From positions 200,466 through 264,465 of the forward strand of contig CAVRTL010000006.1 of assembly GCA_963724165.1 (NCBI GenBank): a stretch of 64,000 nt of DNA. Reading direction: 5' to 3'. Of this stretch, positions 32,401 through 46,214 are shown piece after piece; within the stretch, counting starts at the first letter, position 1, and every line of letters starts with the position of its first letter. Position numbers and translations under genes: made by a program. The notes under the pieces are model-generated. The model did not search any database, was not told the DNA's origin, and saw only the letters and a list, made by a program, of their open reading frames with translations. This DNA comes from an uncultured Actinomycetota bacterium (GTDB lineage: Bacteria; Actinomycetota; Actinomycetes; Mycobacteriales; Mycobacteriaceae).

Positions 32401-34358
32401 AGGTTCGCGCGCATCACCAGCTCGTTGAAGCGGTCGATCTCGACGCGGCCCTGCCAGATCGCGGTGACCGCGTCGGCGAACCGCTGCGCGGTCGCATCCC
32501 GTTCCTCGGCCGACGACGCCTGCGGGATGGTCGGGTGCGGCGAGATCTTGAACTGGTAGATCCACACCGGCAACTCGTCGGGCCTCATCACCGAGAACGG
32601 CCGCTCCTCGAGCACGACGACGCCCATGCTCTGCAGCATCGGCAGCAGCTGGCTCAGCGACGCGGTGTGCCCGCCCAGGAACCAGGTGAGTTGGGCGAGC
32701 CCCTCTTCCCCGGTGTCGGAGAAGACCAGCTTGACCGAATCGTCGGTGAGCCCGTTGATGATGCCGATCTGCTCGATCGCATCTGCCGGCGCGACGGCCT
32801 GCTTGTAGGCCTCGGGGAAGGCGCCCGCGTAATGCTCGGCGTCGACTTGGTCGACCGAGCCTTCCATCGCGGCGCCGAGCAGCCGGTCGGACCAGGTTTG
32901 GGCGGCGTCGCTCAGCAGGCCCTGGATGCGGACGCGGTTGCGTTCGGAGACGTCGACCGGGGCCGCCGCAGCTTCCTCTTTCGAGGGCAGGCGGACCATG
33001 AAATGCATCAGCGCCCAAGGGGATTCGCTGACGCGCGCGGTGAACTCCAGCCGCGTGCCGCCGAACTCGCGCACGAGGATGTCCTCGATGCGCCGCCGCA
33101 CCTGCGTGGTGTAGCGGTCGCGGGCCACATAGACCAGGCACGAGACGAAGTACTGCAGCCGGTCGGCGCGCAGGAACAGCAGCGCGCGTCGCTGGGAGCC
33201 CAGGTCCACCACGGCCTTGGCCAGGTGGAACAGACGTTCGGCGCTCAGCGTGAACAGCTCCGAGCGCGGCACGGTCTGGATGACGTCGAGGAGCAACTGA
33301 CCGGGGTGAGCGGGGTCGCTGTCGGCCATCGTGAGCGCTTCGCGGACCCGGTGCGAGACCATCGGGATCTCCAGCACGTCGGCGTTCATGGCGGCGACCG
33401 TGAAGAGCCCGACGAAACGATGCTCGACGATGGCCGCCCCGTCGCCGTCCGGGACGTACTCGCGCACCGCGACGGCGTACGGGTAGGCGCCATAGCGCAG
33501 ATAGCTGCCGACGACTGACTGGGCGAGGACCAGCATGGTGTCGTCGTCGGTCAACCGGGGCCGCGAACCGGTGCGGGTCCGCAGCACGCCGAGGCCCGGG
33601 GCCCCGTCGCCGGAAACCTCGCTGCCGTGGACCCGGCACCGCTGGTAGCCCAGCAACAGGAAGTTGCCGTCGGCCAGCCAGCGCAGCAGCGCGGCGACCT
33701 CGTCACGGTCGGGCGCCGCGAAGTGGTCGTCGGTGTTGGCCTCGACGTCGGCGGCGACATTGTTGAGGGCGGCGATCAACTCCGAGGCGTCGCTGCCGAC
33801 CTGTTGGACGTCGGCCAGCACCTTGGCCAGCAGCCGCTCGACCTCGGTCAGCGCCTTGCTGTCGACGGAGGGGGAAAGCTGCACGTGTATCCACGCCTCA
33901 CCGACGTACGGCGGCGCGCCGGGGGGCTTGGGTCCGACGCTGCGCAGGTCGCCCTCGGGGCCGCGATGCACCTCGAACACCGGGGTCATGATGGCGGTGT
34001 AGGCGACGCCGAGTCGGTGCAGCAGCACCGTGACCGAGTCCATCAGCATGCCGCCCTGGTCGGTGACCACCTGCAGCGCGGGACCGAAACCGGCGGGATC
34101 GTCCGGGGGGTAGATCGCCACGACACTTTCGCCGGCCGGGCGGCGCTGGCCGAGCCGGTAGTGCGCGCCGAGCATCTCGGGGGTCACGATGGCGCCGGGC
34201 AGGCCCGCTTCGGCCGGTCCGGCCTCGCCGGGTTCGTCGGTGTGCGGGCCGCGATAGCTCTCGAGGTAGGCCTGCGAGATCCACTCGGGGATGTCGTCGT
34301 CCCGAGCAAACGCGGTCCACGGCTTGGTGTCCTGCTTGGCCCCGGGATCGATCGTCAT
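29494..34358 (-). pseudogene. gdh: Large NAD-specific glutamate dehydrogenase, interrupted by two +1 frameshifts
   Basis: [36 protein letters not shown] and [10 protein letters not shown]. The C-terminus continues in two other frames after extra bases at 30373-74 and 30134-35. Corrected length would be 1620 aa. Confidence 0.85.
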
Positions 34359-34428
34359 GCCGATTGCTCCCAACTCGCGACGGATGCCAGCACACCACCA
34401 GGGGCGCCGGCGCTGGCTCAGGCTGACA

Positions 34429-36105
<1,677 letters not shown>

Positions 36106-36195
36106 GCCCCGGTTGTGCCTTTCTGGTCTTGCAGAATGCTCTCGCGGACCATCCTAGGCATCGCCGACGGGGCCGAGCCGACCGCGGGCCGACCG

Positions 36196-36666
36196 CTACG
36201 CCGACAGCTGTAGCGGGCTACCGCCCGCGCCGGCGGCCGCGTCGGCCGGTTCGCCGGCTGGGGCGGCCGGAGAAATCGAAGCCGGGGCCGGATCCGCGTT
36301 GGGACCGGTGTAGGCGGGCTTCTCGATGCGCACCAGGCAGCGCGAGAGGTCCGGTCCCACCGCGATGGCCCGCATTTCCAGCGACGAACGGCGGTTACCG
36401 TCGCGGTCCTCGTACTCGCTGGTGTAGACGTGTCCCGTCACCACCACCGGCGCGCCCTTTCCCAGGGCGGCGCCCACACCGGTGACCAACTTCCCCCAGC
36501 AGTTGACGGTGACGAACAGGGAGTTGCCCGGCTCCCAGCTGCCGTCGGCGGTGCGGCGGCGCGAATTGCTGGCCACCCGGAATTTGATGAGCTCCTGGTC
36601 GCCGACCTGGCGGCGCTGCGGGTCGTTGACGATGTGACCGACGACGGTGAGCGGGGTTTCGAACAT
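36196..36666 (-). CDS. ssbB: Second single-stranded DNA-binding protein (SsbB / Rv2478c-like)
   Basis: OB-fold signature VVGHIVNDP..FRVASNSRR..W...V.CWG..G..V.V.G. Lacks the acidic PF tail. Confidence 0.85.
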   Translation of the reverse strand: MFETPLTVVGHIVNDPQRRQVGDQELIKFRVASNSRRRTADGSWEPGNSLFVTVNCWGKLVTGVGAALGKGAPVVVTGHVYTSEYEDRDGNRRSSLEMRAIAVGPDLSRCLVRIEKPAYTGPNADPAPASISPAAPAGEPADAAAGAGGSPLQLSA

Positions 36667-36852
36667 GGGCTGATCCCTTTCTCGGTAGCGTGCGGGCCGG
36701 TGAACGCGTCACCGCCCGTTTCCTGCCGCCATTGGGCCCGGCGCCGCCGACGGGAACCGCGCCGCGGCGGGCCGCGCCTCGGGTTCCTGTGGAGAAAGTC
36801 GTGACTGTGGATCGGGGCACGGGCGGCGCGCACCGCGGTCAGGGCGCCCCGT

Positions 36853-39240
36853 TCAGGGCGTTGCGGCGTCCCGGCGGTCCTGACGCGCCCGGAACTCGCG
36901 GGCCACGAATTGCTCGCGCGCGATCCGCTCGACGTAGTCGAAGTCGCGCAGGATGTTCCGCAGCTCCCGACGGAAGGCGATCCGCCGTGCGGCGAGGTCG
37001 TCGGCCCGGTCACCGACGGGGCCGATGAGATCCTGGTCGACGACGACCTGGCGGGCGGTGGCGAACAGCAGCGTGGAGACCGACTCGTTGCTGCGGACCC
37101 GGGTCTGCGCGACGTACTGCCGCCCCACCCCGAGCGCGCGGTCCGTCAGGTCCTGCTGGCCGATGTCGGGCGGCGCGTCGCGCAACACGTCGGCGACGAT
37201 CTCGTAGGCCTCGAAGAACACCCGCAGCATCGCGTCGGACATCAGCGGGCGCTTGGCGAACAGCATCGCGTCGATCTCGGCGCCGCCGGCGCCGACGTGG
37301 GCCTGCCAGTCGTCGTGCCAGGCCATCTCCTCGGCGATGTGGTCCCGGAACGCGGCCGAGTCGGCGAAATAGAAGTCGAATTTGAGCAGGTCGCGCAGCC
37401 GCATCGCCTGCGTCCAGAACGCCTCCATGCGGTCGGCTTCAGCATCCGGGGTGTGGCGGGCGTGCGCGAGCGCGAGCTCGACGATCGAGGTCTCCAGGAA
37501 GGCGTGGATGACGGAGTTGCGGTAGAACGCCGCGGCGTGCTCGTCCTGGGGCTCGATGTGCCATACCGGCTCGCGGCCGCCGTCGACCCGGGTGATCGGG
37601 TGACGGCCCGACAACGCGTCGACCGCCGCGCGCACGCCATCGCGCGAGCGCAGCCGCAGCGCGCTCGTCGATACCGGGGTGCGCTTTCGTTCCAGGTAGT
37701 CCAGCGAGTCCTGCAGGGTGTGGTGCAGCTGATCCAGCGTCAGCGCCGCGCCGCGCGTGGTCAGCAGCAGCGCGCAGACCAGACCGGTCGCGGTGACCGG
37801 CGTGGACTGCAGGATCCGCCACGCGACCTGGAACGACATCTTCTGCAGCGCAAGGCGTTTGGCATCCTGGTCGTGGGCCAGCGCGCCATTGGGTGGGCCG
37901 AGGTACTGGCGCATCGACACCGCTTCGGGGAAGCGGACATAGATCTTGCCGTAGTTGCGTTCGCCCTGCGCACGGATGAAGTTGTACAGCCAGCCGATGC
38001 CCTCGGGGGTCTTCTCCCCGCCGCGTGCATACGCGGCGTACTCGGCCGTCTCGTGCAGCTGGTCGAAGCTGATCGACACCGGCTGTAGCAGGATGTCCTC
38101 GCTGCGGCCGTCCAGGTAGGCGTCGGCCACGTAGGCCAGCAGACCGAGCTTGGGCGGCAACATCTTCCCGGTGCGCGAGCGGGTGCCCTCGATGGACCAG
38201 CTCAGGTTGAACCGCTTCTCGACGATGTAGCCGACGTATTGCCGCAAAACGTACTTGTAGAGCGCGTTGCCGCCGATGTTGCGGCGGATGAAGATGACGC
38301 CCGAGCGGCGCAGCAACGGCCCCATCAGACCGAACGACAGGTTGATGCCGGCGAACACGTGCACCGGCGGCAACCGGTTCTCTTGCATCGCCACCGGCAC
38401 CACCGCGCCGTCGATATAGGACCGGTGCGAGAACAGCAGCACCGCGGGGTGCGTCTCCAGGCCCGAGCGCACCGCCGCCACCTGGTACTCGTCGTAGTCG
38501 AGCTCGGGGTCGAACCCGCGGCTGATGGCCCTGCCGAGGACGGAGACGAGGTCGACGGACACCCTGCTCCACCCGGTGGAGAGTTCGTCGAGCATCGCCC
38601 CGGCTTCTTCGACGGTGGCGCCCGGGATCTGCTGCAGGCCGGCGCGGAACCGCGCGGAGGCCAGGATCTCCGGCTTGACCAGCCGCGGCGACTTGTACTG
38701 CGGCCCCAGGATGCGGTATTCGACGCGTTCGATCGCCAGAATCGCGCGGCGCACGACGAACTCGGCGAAGTCACGCGGATCCTCGCCGACCGTGGTGTCG
38801 CGCCACTGCTGACGGAGCTCGGACAGCTTGGCCGCCTCGCCGGCCACCACCCGCGCCCGGCGCGGGGCCTCGCGCCGGATGCGCCGCTGCTGGCGCTCGT
38901 TGGGGTGGTAGGGGTCCCGGCCGGGCAGCAGGCCGGCCACCTTGGCGAGCCTGCTGCGATCCGGGGGCGGCAGCCAGAACACCCGCACCGGCACGATCGA
39001 GCGGTCGTCTTTGGATTCGGGTCCGGAGTCGAGCTGTTCGGCCAGCGCCGTCAGCGCCGCCGGGGGCGCGTCCGGGTCCGGCAGCCGCAGCACGTCGACC
39101 CTCGCCCCCGGGTTGTCGGCGCGCTGCTGGCCTACCCAGGCCGTCACCAGCTCCACTTCGACCGACGAGGTCATGGACGCCAATACCAGCGAATCCTGCG
39201 CGGTGAGCACTGCGCTGGTATCTGCGGCCGGTTCGGTCAC
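36853..39240 (-). CDS. plsB2: Glycerol-3-phosphate acyltransferase PlsB2
   Basis: FSHRSYID (HX4D), [14 protein letters not shown] and VSISFDQ. Confidence 0.93.
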   Translation of the reverse strand: MTEPAADTSAVLTAQDSLVLASMTSSVEVELVTAWVGQQRADNPGARVDVLRLPDPDAPPAALTALAEQLDSGPESKDDRSIVPVRVFWLPPPDRSRLAKVAGLLPGRDPYHPNERQQRRIRREAPRRARVVAGEAAKLSELRQQWRDTTVGEDPRDFAEFVVRRAILAIERVEYRILGPQYKSPRLVKPEILASARFRAGLQQIPGATVEEAGAMLDELSTGWSRVSVDLVSVLGRAISRGFDPELDYDEYQVAAVRSGLETHPAVLLFSHRSYIDGAVVPVAMQENRLPPVHVFAGINLSFGLMGPLLRRSGVIFIRRNIGGNALYKYVLRQYVGYIVEKRFNLSWSIEGTRSRTGKMLPPKLGLLAYVADAYLDGRSEDILLQPVSISFDQLHETAEYAAYARGGEKTPEGIGWLYNFIRAQGERNYGKIYVRFPEAVSMRQYLGPPNGALAHDQDAKRLALQKMSFQVAWRILQSTPVTATGLVCALLLTTRGAALTLDQLHHTLQDSLDYLERKRTPVSTSALRLRSRDGVRAAVDALSGRHPITRVDGGREPVWHIEPQDEHAAAFYRNSVIHAFLETSIVELALAHARHTPDAEADRMEAFWTQAMRLRDLLKFDFYFADSAAFRDHIAEEMAWHDDWQAHVGAGGAEIDAMLFAKRPLMSDAMLRVFFEAYEIVADVLRDAPPDIGQQDLTDRALGVGRQYVAQTRVRSNESVSTLLFATARQVVVDQDLIGPVGDRADDLAARRIAFRRELRNILRDFDYVERIAREQFVAREFRARQDRRDAATP

Positions 39241-40931
39241 GCGCGTCCTCGGGGCCGGGGTTTGGGCGCTTCGGCGTCGGGCGGGGTCTTCTTCGCGGCG
39301 GCTTTCTTCGCCGGCGCCTTCTTGGCCGCGGCTTTCTTCGCCGGGGCTTTCTTCGCCGGGGCCTTCTTCGCGGGCGCCCGCTTGGCGGCCGTCTTCTTCG
39401 CCGTCTTCTTCTCGGTGTAGAGGTCAACCTGGGGCAGCTCGCCCAGCTCGCCGGAGGGCCAGTTGGCCAGGGTGTCCAGGTACAGCTGACGGATCTCGGC
39501 CATGCGCTCGGGCAGCGTGTCGACGGTCCAGTCGTCCACCGGGATCGGCGGGAACACCGCAACGTCGACGGTGCCCGGGTTGATCGTGGTGGAGTTCCGC
39601 GCGGCGACGAGTTCGGCGTTGCGGATGACGATCGGGACGATCGGGATGCCGACCGCCATCGCGATGCGGAACGCACCCTTCTTGAACGGCCCCACCTCGG
39701 TGGTGTCCATGCGGGTGCCCTCGGGGGCGATCACGACCGAAAGCCCTTTGCGGGCAAGCTCCTCGATCTGGTGCAGCGACTCCACGGCGGAGGCCGGATC
39801 GTCGCGGTCGATGAACGCGGCGTCCATCGCCTTGCCGATGGTGCCCATGATCGGGTCCCTGGCCAGTTCCTTCTTGCCGACCGCGGTCCAGTTGTCGCGC
39901 ACCAGCGCGCCGGTGATCACCGGGTCGACCTGGTTGCGGTGGTTGAAGATGAACACCGCCGGGCGCTGGGCGGTCAGGTTCTCCTGCCCGATCACGTTGA
40001 GCTGCACGCCGGTGGTCGCCAGCAACATCTGGGAGAACGTCGAGGTGAAGAAGTTGACGCCGCGGCGCCGGCTGCGGGTCAGCAGGCCGATGCCCATCGC
40101 GCCCGCCGCGACCGGGAAAAGCGAGCCGAAGCCGGCGAGGGTGCGCAACTGCCGCCGCAGGCCCACGGGTCCGCGACTTTTGAACCGCAGGATCGGCCAG
40201 CCGCGGCGCTTGGCCACCGCGGCCATCTTCCCTTCGGGGTTGGTGGGGCGCGGGTTGCCGACCAGATACATCAGCGCGACGTCCTCGTCGCCGTCGGCGT
40301 AGAAGTAGCTGTCCTTGAGGTCGATGGTGTTCTCGGCCGCGAATTTCTGCACCGCGGCGGCCTTGCCCGGCCCCCACAGGATGGGCTTTTGCACGCCGCC
40401 GGTGAGCAGCCCGTCTTCGGTGGTCTCGAACTTGTTGGTGAGCATGTTGGTGATACCCAGGAAACGCGCCACCGGGTTGACCTGGATGGTCAGCGCCGAC
40501 GAGCTGAGCACCACGGTGTGACCGCGCGCCACGTGCGCGCGCACCAGCTCACGCATCTCCGGGTAGATCCGGGACTCGATGCGCTGGATGAACAGCCGCT
40601 CGCCGATCTCCTCGAGGTCATCGATCAGGCGCCCGGCCAGCGCCGAGGCGGCCTTGCCGATGAGGTCTTCGAACTCGATGCGTCCCAACGTATGGCTCAG
40701 GCCGGCCTGAACCATGCCGAGCAGCTCGCCCACGCCCATGTCGCGGCGCAGCAGGCGCTCCTGGGTCAGGATGACCGCGGTGAAGCCGGCGACCAGCGTC
40801 CCGTCCAGGTCGAAGAAGGCCCCGATCTTGGGCCCGGGCGGGCTGGCCATGATCTCGGCGACCGAACCGGGCAACCGGAGGTCGGCGGCGGGCTTGCCGC
40901 GGTCCTGGGCCCCCTCTTCGGACGCGCTCAT
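39237..40931 (-). CDS. plsC: Bifunctional HAD phosphatase / 1-acylglycerol-3-phosphate acyltransferase
   Basis: FFDLDGTL (HAD), NHRNQVD and APEGTR. K/A/P-rich tail. Confidence 0.93.
   Translation of the reverse strand: MSASEEGAQDRGKPAADLRLPGSVAEIMASPPGPKIGAFFDLDGTLVAGFTAVILTQERLLRRDMGVGELLGMVQAGLSHTLGRIEFEDLIGKAASALAGRLIDDLEEIGERLFIQRIESRIYPEMRELVRAHVARGHTVVLSSSALTIQVNPVARFLGITNMLTNKFETTEDGLLTGGVQKPILWGPGKAAAVQKFAAENTIDLKDSYFYADGDEDVALMYLVGNPRPTNPEGKMAAVAKRRGWPILRFKSRGPVGLRRQLRTLAGFGSLFPVAAGAMGIGLLTRSRRRGVNFFTSTFSQMLLATTGVQLNVIGQENLTAQRPAVFIFNHRNQVDPVITGALVRDNWTAVGKKELARDPIMGTIGKAMDAAFIDRDDPASAVESLHQIEELARKGLSVVIAPEGTRMDTTEVGPFKKGAFRIAMAVGIPIVPIVIRNAELVAARNSTTINPGTVDVAVFPPIPVDDWTVDTLPERMAEIRQLYLDTLANWPSGELGELPQVDLYTEKKTAKKTAAKRAPAKKAPAKKAPAKKAAAKKAPAKKAAAKKTPPDAEAPKPRPRGRA
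39288..39412 (-). repeat. 15-bp-period repeats encoding a PAKK/AAKK tail
   Basis: Encodes [41 protein letters not shown]. Confidence 0.85.
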
Positions 40932-42418
40932 GATCCCGACACCGATCGCGACGCCGAGCTGGCCGGCTCGGTAAACGAGGCGGGCACCGCGCGCGGCGCC
41001 GGGTCACCCGCCAGGGACAGGATCTCGTCGAAACCCTCCAGCAGGCATTGGGCGAACAACGGTTCGTTGCGGATCGATGCCCTGTCGTAGCGCGCGGTGA
41101 TGGTGCACCACCCTCCCCTCGAAATCAGCACCACCATCATGGCCACGCCCGGCAGCGGTCCGATGCCATACTGCCGCAGGATCTTCGCACCGGCGATGTA
41201 GGTGTCCCCCGGGTAGACCGGGAGGTTGCTGGCCTGTACGTCGGACCCGATCACCGAGCCGGTGATCCCCTCCAGCACGGCGGTCGGCAAGACACTCAGC
41301 ACCGGCGCGAGCGAACCGACGATGTTCATCGCGGGCTCGTCGCGGCGCAGGGTCATCTGCGCGCGGATCTTCTTCATCCGGGCGACCGGGTCGGCGGTGC
41401 CCAGCGGCGCCGCCAGGTTGACCCCGGTGAACCGGTTGCCGCCGGCCGTGTCGGCCTCGGCCCGCACGTTCACCGGCACCGCCATCGGCAGCGTGCTGAC
41501 CGGCATGCCGAGGGCGTCGTGGTAGCGCCGCAGGGCCCCGGACAATCCGGCCAGGTAGGCGTCGTTGATCGATCCCCCGCCTGCCTTGGCCGCCTTGTGC
41601 AGATCGGAGAGCCGGATGTCGATCGCTTCGGTGCGAGTGGCCAGGCTGCGCCGGCGCAGCAGCGGCGACGGCTCGGCGGCCCGGTTGAGCACCCGCATCC
41701 CCGACGTCGCGTACGCCACGATGCCCGAGACCGTGGCGGCGGGTTCCAAAACCACGCGCCCGGCCGCCGATACCACCCCGGACACCGCACCCAGGACGCC
41801 GCCGACCACCGCCAGAGGGAGGCGGTTGAGCCCCTGCCGCATCAACTCGTTGGGCGTCAGATCCTGCGGGACCGGCAACGCCGGCGTCGGCCTGGGCGGC
41901 GGGTCGCGCTCGAGGTCGTAGATTTCGGCGAACATCTCGACACTGCCGACGCCGTCGGTGACCGCGTGGCTGACGTGCAGCAACGCCGCGGCCCGGCCGT
42001 CGGGCAGGCCCTCGACCAGGGTGGCCGTCCACAGCGGCCGCGAGATGTCCATCGGCGACTGCAGGATCACCTCGGCGAGGTCGAACACCTCCCGCAGCGT
42101 GCCGGGTTCGGACACGTGCACCCGACGCACGTGGAAGTCCAGGTTGAAATCGGGATCGACGACCCAGCGCGGCGGCGCCGTCGGCAACGTCGGCACGACG
42201 ACCTTCTGCCGCAGCCGCAGCACCCGCCGGGACGCGTTCTCGAACCGGGACCGAAACGCCTGCCAGTCGGGGGTGGTGTCGAGGACCTCCAGCGCCATGA
42301 TTCCCGACCGTGTCCGGGGATTGGCCTCGCCCCGGTGCAGCAAGTAATCGACCGGTCCCAGCTCGTCGGACAGCCGCACGGCGGCCAGGGACTCAGTGGA
42401 TCCAGCGGGCTCAGCCAT
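40928..42418 (-). CDS. WS/DGAT family triacylglycerol synthase (Rv2484c-like)
   Basis: SHAVTDG catalytic motif, RPLW, PVN.R and SNLP. Confidence 0.92.
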   Translation of the reverse strand: MAEPAGSTESLAAVRLSDELGPVDYLLHRGEANPRTRSGIMALEVLDTTPDWQAFRSRFENASRRVLRLRQKVVVPTLPTAPPRWVVDPDFNLDFHVRRVHVSEPGTLREVFDLAEVILQSPMDISRPLWTATLVEGLPDGRAAALLHVSHAVTDGVGSVEMFAEIYDLERDPPPRPTPALPVPQDLTPNELMRQGLNRLPLAVVGGVLGAVSGVVSAAGRVVLEPAATVSGIVAYATSGMRVLNRAAEPSPLLRRRSLATRTEAIDIRLSDLHKAAKAGGGSINDAYLAGLSGALRRYHDALGMPVSTLPMAVPVNVRAEADTAGGNRFTGVNLAAPLGTADPVARMKKIRAQMTLRRDEPAMNIVGSLAPVLSVLPTAVLEGITGSVIGSDVQASNLPVYPGDTYIAGAKILRQYGIGPLPGVAMMVVLISRGGWCTITARYDRASIRNEPLFAQCLLEGFDEILSLAGDPAPRAVPASFTEPASSASRSVSGS

Positions 42419-42559
42419 GTTCATCAGTTCGACGCGCCAAACCTGTCACCGCCGACCAAGCCTCCTGCCCAGGACTAATCGGGACCACTCGCCAACACAA
42501 CGCTAGTCGCGTTGACGCGCTGGTGAAAGGCACGGTCCGGTCGCGGATCCGGGCGCCGT

Positions 42560-43807
42560 TCAGCTGGCGGACGTCACCGGCACCGACAACGGGTCCATCA
42601 ACGACCGCGAGCGCCGGCCGTAGACGACGCCCAGGAAGTCAGCGACCGCGTTGGCGGCCAGCCGGCATCGAACGGTCGGGGTGATGTCGAAAGCGTGGTG
42701 GGCGTTGGCGAGTTCCGCGTAGGCGACCGTGGGAGCACCGGCGGCCCGCAGCGCCGCGCAGAAGGCGCGGGCCTGCCCGCACGGAACCACCTCGTCCTTC
42801 TCGCCGTGCAGCACGAAGAACGGCGGGGCTTCGCGGTGGACGTAGGAGATCGGCGAGGCGGACTGGAACCGCTCGGGGGCGTCGGCGTAGCGGGTTTTCA
42901 TGACGAACTGCTCGAGGAACGGCAGCATCAGGTCGTGCATGTGCTCGGCGTTGACGAAGTCGTAGACCCCGTAGTAGGGCGCCACCGCCTGAACCGTGGT
43001 GTCGGCACGTTCGAAACCGGGCTGAAAAACCGGGTCGTTGGGGGTCAGAGCCGCGAGCGACGCCAGGTGCCCGCCGGCCGATCCGCCGGTGATCGCGATG
43101 AAGTCGGGGTCGCCGCCGTAGTCGGCGATGTTCTCGCGGACCCAGGCGATCGCCCGCTTGACGTCGATCAGGTGCGCCGGGAACGCGCAGCGTGGACTTT
43201 TGCTGTAGTTGATCGAGACGCAGATCCAGCCGAGCTCGGCCATGCGGCCCATCAGCGTGTAGGCCTGAACCCGCTTGTCGCCGACGGTCCACGCGCCTCC
43301 CGGCACCTGGATCAGCACAGGGGCGCGGCTGCCGGGCGCCACGTCCGGACCGCGCCAGATGTCGAGCAGGTGTGCGGTGCCGCCGGGACCGTAGGAGATG
43401 TCGGACGTTTGCGCCGCGTAGCGGCGGTGCGGCCCGGGCCTGTTGAACAGTCCGCCGCGCCGGGTGCACTCGGACTGCTGCCAGGCCGGGTGGCGCACCC
43501 GGTCGCGGTACTCCGCGCCGAGGGATTCCTCGAGCGCGGCGGTGAGCGCCTGATCGGCTCGCTGCGCCGCCCAGGTGGTGCCGACGCGGCCGAGAGACGG
43601 GTGCGAGACCCGCTTCAACGCGTGCCCCGTCACGACATGCGGGGGAAATTCCGCAGACAGCCAGCCGGCCACCCACCCGACCGCGAACGGCGAGCCGCGC
43701 AGCAGCAAGGCACCGGCTCGGCAGGTGTCCTTGGCGTCGGTCGCCAGTCGCAGCGCGTGGGCACCGGCCCGCGAACACTGCGAAGCCACGCTCATGGCCA
43801 CGCTCAT
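42560..43807 (-). CDS. lipQ: Carboxylesterase LipQ
   Basis: PGGAW, GGSAGG nucleophile motif, HGEKD and HHAFD. Position matches Rv2485c. A 12-bp tandem duplication at the start (ATGAGCGTGGC twice) makes the start ambiguous. Confidence 0.88.
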   Translation of the reverse strand: MSVAMSVASQCSRAGAHALRLATDAKDTCRAGALLLRGSPFAVGWVAGWLSAEFPPHVVTGHALKRVSHPSLGRVGTTWAAQRADQALTAALEESLGAEYRDRVRHPAWQQSECTRRGGLFNRPGPHRRYAAQTSDISYGPGGTAHLLDIWRGPDVAPGSRAPVLIQVPGGAWTVGDKRVQAYTLMGRMAELGWICVSINYSKSPRCAFPAHLIDVKRAIAWVRENIADYGGDPDFIAITGGSAGGHLASLAALTPNDPVFQPGFERADTTVQAVAPYYGVYDFVNAEHMHDLMLPFLEQFVMKTRYADAPERFQSASPISYVHREAPPFFVLHGEKDEVVPCGQARAFCAALRAAGAPTVAYAELANAHHAFDITPTVRCRLAANAVADFLGVVYGRRSRSLMDPLSVPVTSAS

Positions 43808-43993
43808 AGCAACGCCACCCCTCGACTTCAGGCACACGCTTCGTTGCGGTTAACGGCTCATGTACAGCCGATGTTGTACGTGTGTCGAGGATCTCACCTT
43901 AACCGATAATCGCGGTGGCGTAAGCCTTTTCGGGCGCGTCGTGTTGCCGGACGGATCTCCTGGGAGCCCGTTGGCTAGACTGACCTGCACATT

Positions 43994-44067
43994 GCCTCCG
44001 TAGCTCAGGTGGATAGAGCAAGGGCCTTCTAATCCCTAGGTCGCACGTTCGAGTCGTGCCGGGGGCA
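43994..44067 (+). tRNA. tRNA-Arg (TCT)
   Basis: GCCTCCGTAGCTCAGGTGGATAGAGC...CT TCT AA...GTTCGAGTCGTGCCGGGGGCA. Confidence 0.95.
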
Positions 44068-44566
44068 CCGAAACAAGCCGGCAACGGCCGCGGTTGTCGC
44101 GGCGGGTCCAACGGAGCCCCGACATTGAAGTCGAGCACGCCCCCGCCCGGGGCAGGACTTCACACAGCCGGAACGACGGCCAGGGTCCCCTATTCCCGTG
44201 GTGCGTGCCCGGCGAACAACCGGAATGACTGGCGCATTCGCCGTCAAGAATCGATCGAAAGTGACCCGTGAACCATCACCCGAATCTGAATGCACATGTC
44301 AGCACCTACATCATGCGCCAAAACTCCCCCGGGCCAGGTCGAGTTGACATCGCCGATCCGCCGCGTCGTAAACTGTCGAAAAGAGGGTCGTAGCTACCGA
44401 AAAGAACGTTGTGTCTTCCCTAACCAGTGCGTCAATGGCGGCTTCTGATCAGGCGAACGAGGCTTCAGATTTCCCTCGGGAAGGTCCGTCCAGCTACGAC
44501 TCATTCGCCGCGTGTCATCGTCGATTGGAATCGGCTGTGTTAATTCACAGGCTCAGGGGACTCGAG

Positions 44567-44890
44567 ATGAAGGTCAAGCCTGCTCGCTTTGGCGCTGCGA
44601 TATTGGGTTTTGCTGCGGCGTTTGTGCTTTCCACTGCGGTTGCCACCGCTGATCCGCCCGATCCGCACAAGCCGGACATCACGAAGGGCTACTGCCCGGG
44701 TGGCCGATGGGGTTGGGGCAATTTGGCCGTGTGTGACGGCGAGAAGTACCCCGACGGGTCGTTTTGGCACCAGTGGATGAAAACCTGGATGGTCGGCCCT
44801 CAGTTTTACTACGACTGCGTCAGCGGCGACGAACCAATGCCGGGTCCGCCACCGCCCGGTGGGTGCGACGGGGCGATTCCGCCCGAGTAG
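44567..44890 (+). CDS. Small secreted Cys/Pro/Trp-rich protein
   Basis: Signal peptide MKVKPARFGAAILGFAAAFVLSTAVATA-DPP, four Cys (CPGG, CDG, DCV, GCDG). GGGGA SD. Confidence 0.8.
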   Translation: MKVKPARFGAAILGFAAAFVLSTAVATADPPDPHKPDITKGYCPGGRWGWGNLAVCDGEKYPDGSFWHQWMKTWMVGPQFYYDCVSGDEPMPGPPPPGGCDGAIPPE

Positions 44891-44970
44891 CCTGCCCGCC
44901 CGCAGCCTCGACTGGGCGCCTATGACCGGCTGGATCGGTGCAGTTAGGGCCGACAGTTCATGACGCGCTC

Positions 44971-45975
44971 CTACTGGCCGGCGTTGCGGGCCAGGTCGAT
45001 CGCGTACTGATTGACGAACGTGCCCGCCGGCGGATCACCCTTGCCGCACGTTCCGTCGGATTCACCGGGCCGTTTGATCCACAGGTAGGCGTCGGCGTGT
45101 GCGCCGCCGGTGGCCGCGGTGGGCGCAGTGCCCAGCGCCCGGCCGGCCGGGTTGCACCAGTTGAGCGCGGAGTCGGGCGCCGGTCCGGCGCCGTTGCGCG
45201 ACGTGTCGATCACATAGTGCGAACCGTTGGTGAGCCCCGAGATCGCCTCTCCGTAACCGATTTCGTCCCCGGTGGTGAAGAAGTTCGCGGTGTTGAGGCT
45301 GAAGCCCCGCGCGCGGCCGACACCGACCTGGTTGAGTCTTGCGGCCATGTCCTCGGCGCTGTGCCAGCGCAAATGACCACCGTCGACGTATACGGCCGTG
45401 GCCGGATTGCGTGTCAGCGTGTCCACGGCGTAGCGAATCAAGTCGTAGCGTTCTTGGCGCTGCGCTGCCGACAGGCAGTCGGCCATGGCGAGCGCGTCGG
45501 GTTCGAGGATGATCGCCGTTCGCGAAGCGCCCACGTCGGATGCGATGCCGTCGATCCACGCGCGGTATTGGTCGCCCGTCGCGAAGCCGCCCGCGGCGAA
45601 GCTGCCACAGTCGCGGTGCGGGATTCCGTACAGCGTCAGCACCGGGATGGCGCCGGCCGCCTGCGCGTCGCCGGTGTACTTCGCGACCGTGGCCGCGGAC
45701 GAACCCGGGACGATCCAGTACGCCTGCGGTGTGTTGGCGATGGCCGTCAGCTCCGGACTCGGCGGATCGGCGTGCTGCGCGGCGCGCATCGCAGCCGAAG
45801 CGGGATTGACATAGAACGGCGCGCCGGCCAGCGGGTTGGCCGCATCGGCCAGGCGCACCGCCGGGGCGTGGCCGACCTGCCCCGGATCGGCAACAAAGCC
45901 CAGGCCGGCGACGGTCGCAACCGTCAGGAAGGGGGCGATCCACCGCGCGACTGCACTAGCAGCTGAGAACGTCAC
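44971..45975 (-). CDS. celA: GH6 endoglucanase (CelA1/Rv0062-like)
   Basis: YGIPHRDC, ILEPDAL (catalytic acid), DGGH, NFFT, IDTSRNG and WIKRPGESDG. N-terminal signal/TM segment, no CBM. Confidence 0.92.
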   Translation of the reverse strand: MTFSAASAVARWIAPFLTVATVAGLGFVADPGQVGHAPAVRLADAANPLAGAPFYVNPASAAMRAAQHADPPSPELTAIANTPQAYWIVPGSSAATVAKYTGDAQAAGAIPVLTLYGIPHRDCGSFAAGGFATGDQYRAWIDGIASDVGASRTAIILEPDALAMADCLSAAQRQERYDLIRYAVDTLTRNPATAVYVDGGHLRWHSAEDMAARLNQVGVGRARGFSLNTANFFTTGDEIGYGEAISGLTNGSHYVIDTSRNGAGPAPDSALNWCNPAGRALGTAPTAATGGAHADAYLWIKRPGESDGTCGKGDPPAGTFVNQYAIDLARNAGQ

Positions 45976-46214
45976 CCCAGGGAAATTAGTGCTCCGGAGC
46001 ACCGAGCGCCAATCCCCGGCGGCAGCTCACCGCGCGATCTGCGCGAGGGTCGGCAAGGTGCACGACGTCCGTGGGCGAGCGGCGACCTGGCTTTGTCCGC
46101 ACCTTCCTGGGCCATGGCACCGTTCAGCGTGCCGTCGGGAAGAACGGAGAAGTCGGCCTGCACCAGCAGCGCCGGCGTGGTCGAAATCGGCGTTCCCCGC
46201 TGCCGGTTCCCCGC

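Noticed and set aside
30306-33518. 1070-aa plus-strand ORF and similar long antisense ORFs (501-2819, 8019-10142, 34291-36213, 54946-56856)
   Set aside because: Shadow frames of high-GC genes on the opposite strand, with no motifs.
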